Source: Andalucia godoyi And28
Lineage: Eukaryota > Protista > Jakobida
Reading direction: 5' to 3'
NCBI GenBank assembly: GCA_009859145.1
Contig: VRVR01000015.1
Span: forward strand, 299,705-363,704
Length of the DNA stretch: 64,000 bases
The translations under genes and the position numbers were made by a program. Every line of letters begins with the position of its first letter. Position 1 is the stretch's first letter. The notes beneath the pieces are model-generated. The model saw only the letters and a program-made list of their open reading frames with translations. It was not told the origin of the DNA and did no database searches. This document shows positions 30,901 through 40,147 of the stretch, piece by piece.

Positions 30901-33444
30901 TCCGATCCACGCAGGGCTTAAGAAGAGGGTGGCCACCACGCCCCAAATCAGCAGCGTGAAAAGAGCGCAATACAGCGCAACAGTTCCCAAACTGCTCGCA
31001 ACAACGTCCGGAAGGTCATTGGTCTGACTGAACTTGTACACTGGGAAGATATACTCGCTCCAGACAATAAAGCAATGGGGATTCCGCAAGTGAACATATA
31101 AGTGCATGGCAGCCAGCGCCATGAACAAGCAGAATATCGACGCCGCAAACATCGAAAAACCGCCAAAGGCATATGACGTGGCAAAGCCAATGCCAACACC
31201 GATTCCGGCGAGTATCATGAGAATGCCTCCAACAACCTGCACATGACGTGGTGGTAAGTAATAGTTGTTCGAAACCCACCGAACAATCGTGAATACTGCA
31301 GCGGCGGCGCCGAACAAGATGAACAAGAGGACGACGCCAGCGATAATGGACAACACGACGAAAACTGCGATCATGAATGCCACAAAACACGCCAAAGCAA
31401 AAGAAAGCAAAATGATAGAACTCGTCTGCAACTTCCACTTGTTATCCTTCCACACAATGAATCCAGAAACAGTGGAAACGAAGATTGGATAGGCAAGCAC
31501 ACAGAACAAAAGCACCAGCGCAGAATTGGATGGAACGCCGTTCAAACTGGTATAGTAGAATATGATGCCGTACAATATCAGCGTGATGAAGGAAATGCTT
31601 TCGATAATCATGGAGAAGACAGACAACTTCAGCGTTTGGAACCATTCGACTACGGGTAAAAAGGAGAAAACGACAATCAAAGGACAAACGCAAATGCTCC
31701 ATCCGATGAATGTCGGGCTCACAGTCGCCGCGATCAAGCCACCCCACGCAACGAACAAGGCCACAAACAAGAACGCCCACACCCATACAGATGGCTTCAC
31801 CCACTTGTATTCGCCCTTTTTCCAAACCAAGTAAAAGTACAGGGCGCACAACAATGCGGGAAACGCAAAAATGAAACAAAACAAAACAATAAAGGATCGT
31901 GTGATGAAGTATAACAGGAGCCCCTCAAGACCAGAGACAACAATTGCAGCAAGGGCGACCCATACCGACGGTTGCTTGAGGATCGCAAAACTGACCGCCC
32001 CGCAATTCACCGCGGCAGTCTTCACGGTGTCCTTCACGGTGTCCATCCGCTGCACGGACAATACGAACCCGGTGGAAAGGAGCCATTCCTGTCGGTAGAG
32101 CAGCCGCAACGTTGTCAATATGAACATGTATGGAATCAAGATCAGAATAGCTGCAACTCCGAATTCCCACTGCCCATGGGACTGGCCGTCCATTACGGAA
32201 ACTGTGGCAATTCCTGCAACCTTGGACACCGCGATCACACCAGCAATAAAGGGAATGGTTAGGAATAGCAGATTAAATTCCGGAGTCTGGAACACCTTCA
32301 CCATCTCTCGCCGGGAGATTCTATTCGAACGCAGGTTCGTGAGTGTTTTCAAAGTGTCTTTCAATTTCACCAACGAGAACCCCATGGATAACTGAGGACT
32401 CTTCTTCTCCAAACTGACGCGATGATTGACCAGGGACGTGGAGAACAGCAGCCCGAAGAACACATAAAGCAGGCAGATGCCAAGGAACCAGACCTCGTCG
32501 CCAAATGAAAAGAGTGCGATACGACAAATCGTGGACACACCCAGAACTGCAAGAGGACTGACCAAGAAACCAGACGTAATGTACAGGGCCACATTGATAT
32601 CGATGAAGAGCACGCAGCCTCCCATGATGAAGCCCAGGTTCGAGGCTCCTCCGGTGGCGCCGTCAGGCGTCCTGAACTTCACAACAAGTGCATAGGCAAG
32701 CAGAATGCCAACCGATACGACATACAGGACTATAGATTTCATCTTTCGAGAAAACTGTCTTTTCACGGAAAATGAAGACACCGCAGACGTGCCAAAACCG
32801 AGCTCAAACTCCCCATCGACCAGCGTATCCATTGTCTGGATGCAAGGAGCAGTAGACGGAAGCTCCACAGAGTCCTGTGTATTGTAGAATGTGATCATCG
32901 TGATGCAGAGCATATTCAGCGCGAACATGATCGCCGAAACTCCGGTGAACGTAAACGGTTTCAGTCCAAACACCACCGTTAGCTCATACGCGACAAAGAA
33001 CACCAATGACGATACCAGAAACGCATAGATGCCGCGCGACCACGGAAAGAAGCCCTGAGTCGCCCATCGCAACAAGGCCGAAGCGAACGGCAGGATAAAC
33101 CCTCCAAAAAAGAGCATCGTAAGGCCGACCACGACCGGCGATATTTTTGCACAGACAACAATCGACCACGCCAAAAGCAACCCGACTGGAGGAGCAACCG
33201 TCAGGAAAACGAGCACGGGCTCCAAGACCGCCAGCGTCCATTTGAAATCCCACGGAATCTTCGCAACCGACTGAAGCTTTGCGATCCACACAGGCCACCG
33301 AAACACATTCCAGTGAAGAAGGAACTGAAGTGATGAGAACGACAAGATCAGCATGATGAAAAACGGAAGCCCAAGGCTCAGAGCATACGAGCGGAAGAGA
33401 GTCTCGTCAAACTCGGAGTCCGACGTGCTGCTCTCCAGTGCCAT
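27967..33444 (-). CDS. DEK1-like: DEK1-like large multi-transmembrane calpain (TML-CysPc-C2L)
   Basis: About 860 hydrophobic N-terminal residues with roughly 20 or more putative helices, a long E/R/K-rich helix, an intact triad (QGSLGDCWLLS, GHAYAIL, LRNPWG), and domain III (WKGETAGG...NPQY...PSTF). Confidence 0.9.
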   Translation of the reverse strand: MALESSTSDSEFDETLFRSYALSLGLPFFIMLILSFSSLQFLLHWNVFRWPVWIAKLQSVAKIPWDFKWTLAVLEPVLVFLTVAPPVGLLLAWSIVVCAKISPVVVGLTMLFFGGFILPFASALLRWATQGFFPWSRGIYAFLVSSLVFFVAYELTVVFGLKPFTFTGVSAIMFALNMLCITMITFYNTQDSVELPSTAPCIQTMDTLVDGEFELGFGTSAVSSFSVKRQFSRKMKSIVLYVVSVGILLAYALVVKFRTPDGATGGASNLGFIMGGCVLFIDINVALYITSGFLVSPLAVLGVSTICRIALFSFGDEVWFLGICLLYVFFGLLFSTSLVNHRVSLEKKSPQLSMGFSLVKLKDTLKTLTNLRSNRISRREMVKVFQTPEFNLLFLTIPFIAGVIAVSKVAGIATVSVMDGQSHGQWEFGVAAILILIPYMFILTTLRLLYRQEWLLSTGFVLSVQRMDTVKDTVKTAAVNCGAVSFAILKQPSVWVALAAIVVSGLEGLLLYFITRSFIVLFCFIFAFPALLCALYFYLVWKKGEYKWVKPSVWVWAFLFVALFVAWGGLIAATVSPTFIGWSICVCPLIVVFSFLPVVEWFQTLKLSVFSMIIESISFITLILYGIIFYYTSLNGVPSNSALVLLFCVLAYPIFVSTVSGFIVWKDNKWKLQTSSIILLSFALACFVAFMIAVFVVLSIIAGVVLLFILFGAAAAVFTIVRWVSNNYYLPPRHVQVVGGILMILAGIGVGIGFATSYAFGGFSMFAASIFCLFMALAAMHLYVHLRNPHCFIVWSEYIFPVYKFSQTNDLPDVVASSLGTVALYCALFTLLIWGVVATLFLSPAWIGMDVSSFALLCLFVCTVWFSRFVRHQLHLVSPYCPEPVIKACINSARNRYFNALISAKMIEDGPASAPEHSAHDHLLIDRVFYDLSLELAVKQYDAAEGSEATSPYPEVTLMRIEEKMPHVELKESEEIAKKYKSECNVAALCTEVFKADAEVRHAAIRFLKYFALVEMFVWLTGQSIMKADEARWSQFIAERLQSLYKQRDVFLSGNLNKKGPGDGGATGGVTGAGGAASSGSQGLPASPLPTASISAHDPGPATPANPRVTPLPVDLEQIAMVPVELRDQIILYEILQKQSLPSIKNEDRMAVQKDYKLYLEKKSEQKREDERKQKEDEEAERVRRQRLLEDEKKRKDEENRRRSEDDAIRLRLQEEERRRLEEEEEGNKRRLEEEQRKREELERIRLQNEEQRKREEIERLRLQKEQEEEEEEERRREAERKRRDQLERDATDADEEEEERRRKNAENERRREIERKRQEAVKRKQEEEEKAAQRKAEEEAKKKKEKEEEERRRKAETEKNRSSLSSADPDVIRLTEAVQSSKSNRTLFKDKVFSDRDAQAIGKSGFVWGRMNAEQRANADVIKAQNTDSSVAQGSLGDCWLLSAMTVVAMDRTRIEDMFLKPVGGSLKDCVIAGVYSVKLFVNGRQESVMVDDFLPYDDNRSGPAFAQSVHEGELWPAIVEKAFAKRFGGGSYSGIEGGFVHTGLTSLTGGIPESTKTSERLWQKMLTAFESGFLMGAGSSAGKDTDSSSEGIVQGHAYAILNVVEIDDIRLVRLRNPWGQGEWTGDYCDDSPLWTPRLRAKLGPMAPGVADDGAFYMSFEAFIENFPTLYLCRVVPKTWKKAEALGEWKGETAGGSVNNAAKFTKNPQYLLKVTKPTTVYILLAQVLDVVDASSFYHMGFMVFNKNGLRCAKATKSTLIHATTYSNMREVSAELTLEPGQYTIVPSTFDAGMERPFVLTAYSAIPDSIDGTLVWLDPANTAAA

Positions 33445-33894
33445 TTCCCCCTCGCCACAGTTGGAATTGCTCGATTATCCAGCAATTGAATGTCGAGAAT
33501 ACACGAAAGGAGGCAGGAAAAAAAAAGCGCAAATCAAAAATTTATAATATGAAAAGAAAAAGAAAGAAGAAAATACATATGAAAAATTAAATTTTAAAAT
33601 AAAATAAAAAAATTTATTTAGTAAAGAGCAAAGAATGGATCGAAAGAATCGAAAGAAATACAGGGAAACGGATTCCGCAGCCGAAGGTTTCCTGATGACC
33701 GACGAGCGACTGATCAGAGGAAAACCTTTTTGCACGGCGCTCGTACAGTTCGACCGCTTTGTGTGTGCATGAGCAACAAAACACGAGTGCACACACGCAG
33801 GCAAATGGACATGTACAGTCGCTTTCATGGAGATTCGGTTTTTGCCGTTCTGAGCTTTTGGCATCCGAATCCCGTATTTCTGATTGGGCGTTTC

Positions 33895-33914
33895 GATTCG
33901 ATTCGATTCGATTC
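33895..33914. repeat. (GATTC)4 pentamer array in the calpain/TDP2 divergent spacer
   Basis: Directly visible; it reads (GAATC)4 on the minus strand. Confidence 0.85.
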
Positions 33915-34069
33915 GTTTCTCTTTTCTTCCCAGTTTTCCATTCGTTTGACGGTCACTGTTTGTTGCTAACGCGGTGAAGAGGCAGCAAAAAAAGAGAGAG
34001 GAGGGAATACAGCTGGTGATGCGCGCGCGCGTGTGTGTGTATGTGTGACTGCGATTTGAGTGGTTGCAG

Positions 34070-34942
34070 ATGTGGGAGTGGTTGAAGTCGAAGCGTGCCA
34101 AGCATGAGTGCTCGTCTTCTTTCTCCTTGGACACAGTGAAGCTGCTTACGTACAACGTGTGGTTTGATACGATGGCGAGAGAATTGCGGACGTCTGCGTT
34201 AGTTGCATGCTTGGTGGAAGAGAGTGCGGACGTAATGGGGCTGCAAGAAGTCACTCCAGAAGTCCTGATGCTGCTACTCGGATATCCTGCCCTCTGCTCC
34301 ATGTATCCTTATTGGAGCACGAAGAGCGTGGCGGAGGTTCGGCCCTATCAGGTACTGATGCTTAGCAAGTGGCGGCCTGTTGATCACAGGAGTATTGCGC
34401 TTCCGACTTGTATGGGCCGCAAAGGCGAGATGATCCGGTTCGACATTGGTCCAAATAGCGATATGGCATTTTGGTGCGCAACAGTGCATCTCGAGTCGCT
34501 GAATTCTCAGGCAGTCCGACGCTCGCAACTGGATATTCTCTGCAGGGAGCTCTCAGCGAGTGCACAGAACCCGAAGCAGCCCGGAGGAAGGCTTTCTGTG
34601 CTCATGGGCGATTTCAATTATTTTGGAGATTGCGAAGATGCTGAAATCACAAGAAACGAATTCAAGGATGCCTGGCTGTTCTTGCATTCTGACAAGTCGC
34701 CGGACGACGGGTACACGTACGATTCTCATCGGAACCCAATGCTGTCACCAAAGTATCGCGACCGGCTTGACCGTGTCATTTGGGCATCGCTTCCCAGTTC
34801 GGGCGCAGCACACACTGCAAATTGGGCACCAACCGCAATGCGCATCATTGGAAATGTCCCTGGTCAGTACGGTCTTCCACCTAACCTTCTCATCTCCGAT
34901 CACTACGGACTGGTTGCCGTGTTCCAACCGCAGGTCGTCTGA
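34070..34942 (+). CDS. TDP2-like: Endonuclease/exonuclease/phosphatase, TDP2-like
   Basis: LLTYNVWF, GLQEV, ATVHLES, MGDFN, DAW, RLDRV, SDHYGL motifs. Confidence 0.85.
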   Translation: MWEWLKSKRAKHECSSSFSLDTVKLLTYNVWFDTMARELRTSALVACLVEESADVMGLQEVTPEVLMLLLGYPALCSMYPYWSTKSVAEVRPYQVLMLSKWRPVDHRSIALPTCMGRKGEMIRFDIGPNSDMAFWCATVHLESLNSQAVRRSQLDILCRELSASAQNPKQPGGRLSVLMGDFNYFGDCEDAEITRNEFKDAWLFLHSDKSPDDGYTYDSHRNPMLSPKYRDRLDRVIWASLPSSGAAHTANWAPTAMRIIGNVPGQYGLPPNLLISDHYGLVAVFQPQVV

Positions 34943-35595
34943 ACAACCGACGTACGCACTACGCTGCCCAACACACACGAAATAGTGACAATAAAAGTAA
35001 ATCATTATTGCCTTAAATGCGAGTTTGACGCTGCTTGATGCACCAATTTTCCCCCCGAAAAAATTCCCGAATTGGCTTTCGGAGGGCTTCTCCAATCCAA
35101 GACAAAATGATGCAAAACCTTCTTTTCGTTATGGCTTACAACGTAGTTTCGTTGTCGTTGACCCAATTTCTTGGTTGTGCGGCGTGCTGTTCGCGAACAT
35201 CAGCTTATATATATACTTCTTGGTGGAAGAATGCAGAGCACTGGGAATGCAGATGCAGAAAAGAGCCATCCAAAGGCTCGCTCTGTCTACGAATCATCTT
35301 CAGCTCTTGTTTCCCGCGTATGCTTTTCCTCCTTCAAAAAAAGTGATTGCTACTTCTTTGGTGCAATTAGGGTAGCTGTAGTACTCATTGTGCGGTTGTG
35401 TATGTGTATGTGTATGTGTGCGTGCGATTTGTAGATGACCTTGCTGCACCAAACTGTGCATTCGTTTTTCCGAAATCTAGCAAATAATCAAGTCGATGTT
35501 TGTATGTTGGCTTTTTTATTTTTATTTTTATTTGAGGTGTTTTGTTCTTTGCTGAGCAGCTTCTCTTTCTCTCATTGTTTGTTCTGCTTCACGTC

Positions 35596-36480
35596 ATGAC
35601 ATCATTTTCCTCCTTACTCATGCGATCATGTGTCGAAGCATTGAATTCTGTCCAAAACATTCTTCAAATATGCAGGAAAGACGACGAGTTGATTGCGCAG
35701 TCGCGGGAGCTTGTGCAGACATCACAGGCGCTGGTGACTCGAAAGCTGTCCCTGCCCGCGCTTTCCGACCACGCCCGGAAGCTGTTTCCAGGAGACGTTC
35801 ATAAGAGGTTTTACGATGCTGGACGGCTGAAGCGCGGGTTGTGGAGACGCGAGGTGGTGCTTCGATACATGCATCAACATTACGATGTCCGATACCGATG
35901 CTTTCGCGCTGGGGTCCAAGACCAGAGGATGTGCACAGACTGCCAGACCAAGACACTTTCGTTCCACGGTCCGCTGGATCCGTTTGCGAGATATTTGCTG
36001 CGATTCAAGGATTTTTCGCAGGTTCTTGTGGACAACATAAACATTCTGGACGCGAGTGGGCCAATCAGCAGATTTGCGCGGTTCATGATGCGGCGCACCA
36101 TCCTCTTGCGAATCGGAGGGAATAGGAGTGTCAGCATCCAGTTTCAGAGAAGGGTCGACGCGCAAGTGTGGTTTGTCTCGTCTTTTGACATCGAGATGCC
36201 AAATACGCCGCTGGAGGTCGATGAGCTGAAGCTGGATTGGTTCCGGAGGTTCTTCAATACTCGCGGACCAATGTCTGCGGAAGCAGCTGCGCAGACTCTC
36301 GTAGCCGCCCTGGCATCCTTCGCCATTGTCCAGTCCAGCACTCCATCTGTCGGAGGGATCAACGCGAATGTTAATGTTAGTGCCTTGGACACTGCCCTGC
36401 CGGCGTCGGAGCCTGCTGAAAGAATCGTCTCTGACCCGGCGCTCAATCCGAGTACTGCCCATTCGTTTTCGAATACATGA
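35596..36480 (+). CDS. Hypothetical protein, possibly a PH-like fold
   Basis: About 294-aa ORF filling the spacer, with its stop 50 nt from the convergent Sec31 stop. A beta-rich core ends in a PH-like FQRRVDAQVW helix. Confidence 0.65.
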   Translation: MTSFSSLLMRSCVEALNSVQNILQICRKDDELIAQSRELVQTSQALVTRKLSLPALSDHARKLFPGDVHKRFYDAGRLKRGLWRREVVLRYMHQHYDVRYRCFRAGVQDQRMCTDCQTKTLSFHGPLDPFARYLLRFKDFSQVLVDNINILDASGPISRFARFMMRRTILLRIGGNRSVSIQFQRRVDAQVWFVSSFDIEMPNTPLEVDELKLDWFRRFFNTRGPMSAEAAAQTLVAALASFAIVQSSTPSVGGINANVNVSALDTALPASEPAERIVSDPALNPSTAHSFSNT

Positions 36481-36530
36481 CGATAATAAAAAAATTAAAA
36501 AAAAACCGAGTAGTTTTAACTAATTTTAGC

Positions 36531-39500
36531 TTATTGAAGCTTGATCTTCAGATCAACAAGGAATTGCTTCAAACCTTTTGCCCAGACCGACGTCTCGTTC
36601 CAGTGATCAGTGGTCAGCTTCCCAAGCACTTCAGACGCCCTAGCAACATCCCTTGCACGAATTGCGTTCGTAATGTCATCCACAATGGCAAGTACGGTCG
36701 CAGAAATACCATCGCTTGCCAGGGCTCGGAACAAAGTCAGCAGAGCCTTCCCTACAAATTCCTTCTTGCGAGGATCAGCATTGGCATACGCCCAGGCATA
36801 CACTTCCTGCAAAAACTTGGCAGATGCGCCGCCCTTGCTCTCAGGAATGAAGCTGTCCACCTGGAATTCCTCCACGGTGAGAACCGCCGGGGCTGCAGGG
36901 GCACTCGGTGCAGTCGCGATTGGAGATGTCTGGTGTTGCTGGTAGTCTGCGGCAGGAGCCTGGTAGGCACCCGCATGTGTCACAGGTGCGACATGTGCGG
37001 GAGTCGCAGGAACAGCAGTGGCAGGCATCGATGCTGAAGGACCAAGAGGAAGGGAGGCGGGAGTAGCAGTGGATGCCAGGGTAGGAGCAGAGGCAGGGGC
37101 AGCAAATTGCGATGCATGCTCGTAATGGGAGTGACTCATGGGTGCAGCAGACTGCGACACAGAATTTGAATACGCAGCTTGTTGGTAAGCTTCCGTCACT
37201 GATCGACGTCCAGAAGAGGCATTATACTGACCCGCAGGATCGTGCGCATAGTGATGACCCTGAGATAAATGCTCATACTGCGACTGAACTGGAGTGGAAA
37301 CAGCAGGCACCGCAGCGGCAGCAGGGGCGACTGCAGGCGCAACCAATGCTGCATCCAAACGATCTCGCAGCTCGCGTGCGTCCGACAGCAATGGATCGGA
37401 GTCCATGGCGGCTCCAATGACGGCAATGAACTTCCGTGCCAAAGCAAGTCTGCCTTGCGCAGCCAGACGGGTTGCATAGTCCAACGCATGCTGTGCGAAC
37501 TGATGCGTCGCTGATGCTGCCGATGACGGCCGTTCAGGAGCAGAAAATTGTATGGAAATTTGCAGAACGCACGCCTTCTCCATATAGTCCGCAGTATGGT
37601 CCCACAAAGCCAGACACTTATCCATATCGCCAGCACACATGTAGCAGACCACAGCACGTTCAACTTCGCCAGAAGCCTCCAAACGAGAACCCAGCATCCC
37701 AACAAGACTCGAAAACGACTCCTGAGATGCGTAGGAACACAACACTGCAAGAACATCTTTCCAAGACGAGGCAATGTCTTCAATGGATTGAATCAAGTGA
37801 TCGAATGTTCCGTTCACCACAGAGGACACAATGCGGCCATACTTGCTCTGCGATCGATCTCGACTCGCTGTCAGTGAATCCAAATACGCTCTGCGGGTCT
37901 TTTCCCACAGCGAACCGTTATGGGGGTCGCAAGACGCAAGCAACAGTGCATCCGCCCAAGCAGAAGCTCGTATGCATCGTGCTACCGCATCGGGAAAATC
38001 ACGAGTCACAACGGATCGGGTGAGAGCAGCAAGCGTACCAGCGCCGAGATTCATGCCACCAAAAGAGTCCGTCACACTTTCAAACAACGCATCCTCATTT
38101 GACGTGGTAGCAGTTGCGTTGGGAGAAAACACACTAGTCTCGTTTGCATCCCACTTGGCTTCGGGCTGTGCAGTATGAGACCCCTCGTCGCTCGATTCCA
38201 AGATCGCCGGGGCTGCATCATCAACGTATCCCAAGTGCTTCATGAGCACGTTGCGGGTGTCGCGCGTAAACAAAATGCCGAGGATTTTCCAGATCTGCGC
38301 TTCCTTGGCATGCCCTCTGGACTCATACTCGACAGTCTTCTTTTGGCAGTATGCAGAAAGCGGAGCCGTGTGACCGTCGGAAGTATATACAGACAATGCA
38401 ATATCAAGATCTTCAGCACGAGCCACAAACTCCGGGTCAGTAATGACAGTTTTCAGGGCCCCGACGGATTTCTTTGTGGCTGCGTCCCAAGATACGGAAA
38501 CCAGTTTCCCTCCAAAACCAAACGAGGCGCTGGCCGGTCTCCGGAGCCATTTAGGAGCATACGGCGGGACACCAGAGATGGTGTTCCAGTTTGCACCCTG
38601 CATGGTCAGTACCGATATCTTCCCGTCAAAGGACCCAGTGGCCACAATAGAAGGAGACTTGGGTGACCAAATCGCTCTATGAACCCAGTTGTCGGACGCG
38701 GGAAGCTCGGCAACCTGGCGACCATCTTCCGGATTCCAGCAGATGACCCGGTTGTCCCTGCCGCAGGACAGCAACAATCCGGCATCATCCGGGCACCAGG
38801 CGAGAGACAGAATTCCAGCAGAGTGACCTTCAAGAACACGAATGGGGGCCACAGCCGTTCTCAAATCCCAAATCTGGACCACAGGCGATGCGTCGTCTTC
38901 CGAGGCAACCGCAACTTGGGTCGCATTCTCTGGGTTCCACGAGATTGCAGAGCAGCGCAGCTTTCTGTTCTTGTCAGCAAACGTAAAAACAGGTCTCTTT
39001 TGCTTGAGATCCCAGACAACAGAGAGGCCATTGATGGAAGTCGAGCCCAAAATGTGCGCAACTTTGCGGTTCCACGCAACATCGCTGACCTCCTCGGTGT
39101 GGGGATTCCTGCCACCCGGGGCAGCCCAAGCACCCGACGACTCACCAAGAGTCCAGATGTACACCTGTCCATCCGCGCCGCCGGATGCGAGCATGCTCGG
39201 CTGGAACGGATTGAACTGCAACGCCCGAACATCGCCTTCGTGTTTCTTCAGCAGAATCGGCTCCATCGTGGAATCAGAGCCTTGGGACGGCGGAGAGTTA
39301 AAGAACTCCTCTCCATTCACATTTACAGAGCTCGCTGTTGGCGGTTGATACGACGAAATCATATTGTCGGCATTCCAAAGCTGAATGGAACCATCCACAA
39401 GCGCTCCAGCTATCAGCGATCCGCCCCAATCCAGCCTGCTGAACCGCTCTGGCGCATCAATTGTAGCAACAATAGACATATCACGTGTGTCCAAGTTGTT

Positions 39501-39641
39501 GAGACCGCAGGAAAAGATCTCCAATTTCGCAGACGCAGAGAAATCAGCATCGAATGATCCTGCCATGGACCCAGCCACAAGGTGGCTTCCAGATGGACTC
39601 CATGCAAATGTTGCAGTTCGAGATACCTGCTTCAAAAACAT
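36531..39641 (-). CDS. SEC31: COPII outer coat protein Sec31
   Basis: MFLKQVSRTATFAWSP, GSMAGSFDADFSASAKLEIF, WD40 repeats, APKWLRRPASASFGFGGKL, ACE1 region, low-complexity linker and C-terminal helical domain. Confidence 0.96.
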   Translation of the reverse strand: MFLKQVSRTATFAWSPSGSHLVAGSMAGSFDADFSASAKLEIFSCGLNNLDTRDMSIVATIDAPERFSRLDWGGSLIAGALVDGSIQLWNADNMISSYQPPTASSVNVNGEEFFNSPPSQGSDSTMEPILLKKHEGDVRALQFNPFQPSMLASGGADGQVYIWTLGESSGAWAAPGGRNPHTEEVSDVAWNRKVAHILGSTSINGLSVVWDLKQKRPVFTFADKNRKLRCSAISWNPENATQVAVASEDDASPVVQIWDLRTAVAPIRVLEGHSAGILSLAWCPDDAGLLLSCGRDNRVICWNPEDGRQVAELPASDNWVHRAIWSPKSPSIVATGSFDGKISVLTMQGANWNTISGVPPYAPKWLRRPASASFGFGGKLVSVSWDAATKKSVGALKTVITDPEFVARAEDLDIALSVYTSDGHTAPLSAYCQKKTVEYESRGHAKEAQIWKILGILFTRDTRNVLMKHLGYVDDAAPAILESSDEGSHTAQPEAKWDANETSVFSPNATATTSNEDALFESVTDSFGGMNLGAGTLAALTRSVVTRDFPDAVARCIRASAWADALLLASCDPHNGSLWEKTRRAYLDSLTASRDRSQSKYGRIVSSVVNGTFDHLIQSIEDIASSWKDVLAVLCSYASQESFSSLVGMLGSRLEASGEVERAVVCYMCAGDMDKCLALWDHTADYMEKACVLQISIQFSAPERPSSAASATHQFAQHALDYATRLAAQGRLALARKFIAVIGAAMDSDPLLSDARELRDRLDAALVAPAVAPAAAAVPAVSTPVQSQYEHLSQGHHYAHDPAGQYNASSGRRSVTEAYQQAAYSNSVSQSAAPMSHSHYEHASQFAAPASAPTLASTATPASLPLGPSASMPATAVPATPAHVAPVTHAGAYQAPAADYQQHQTSPIATAPSAPAAPAVLTVEEFQVDSFIPESKGGASAKFLQEVYAWAYANADPRKKEFVGKALLTLFRALASDGISATVLAIVDDITNAIRARDVARASEVLGKLTTDHWNETSVWAKGLKQFLVDLKIKLQ

Positions 39642-39689
39642 GCTGTGTCAAAACCGCTTTTGCCCGAAGCGATCTCTATCAGACAAGCA

Positions 39690-39728
39690 AACAAACAGAA
39701 ACAGAAACAGAAACAGAAACAGAAACAG
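39690..39728. repeat. (AAACAG)n hexamer repeat about 50-90 nt upstream of the Sec31 ATG
   Basis: Directly visible, about 6 units. Confidence 0.9.
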
Positions 39729-40147
39729 AGAACAAAAAAATATTAAAAAAATGAAGAAGGAGAAGAATGAAAAGAAAGCAAGAAAGAAAGACAAAACAGC
39801 ACACACAGCAATTGGAATGAATAAACGAAATAATAGAAGATGAAAAAGTGGATTCAAAAAAAACTTGAAACTATGAGGGAATGACACGTGACAGTGTCAG
39901 AGGGGTCATCGTGCAAGGGCTGACAAAAAAGCAGCAAAAGAGAAGAAAAATAATAATAATAAAGCTTGGCATGCAGAGCCGTTTTTACAACAGGTAGAAG
40001 GGGCGCTTTCTGTTTTTTTGTGCTTGTGTTTGGATACTCGCGTTCTGCAAACTGCGAAAACAGTAACGGTCAGTAGATGTGAACTGCGAGGTAATCAACA
40101 TTTTGTACAATTAGAGGACTGGGGAAATGCACGCTCTTGAGCATAAT

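Noticed and set aside
34985-35440. Short ORFs or a possible snoRNA (ATGATG near 35107)
   Set aside because: No matching D box or terminal stem, and the ORFs are featureless.
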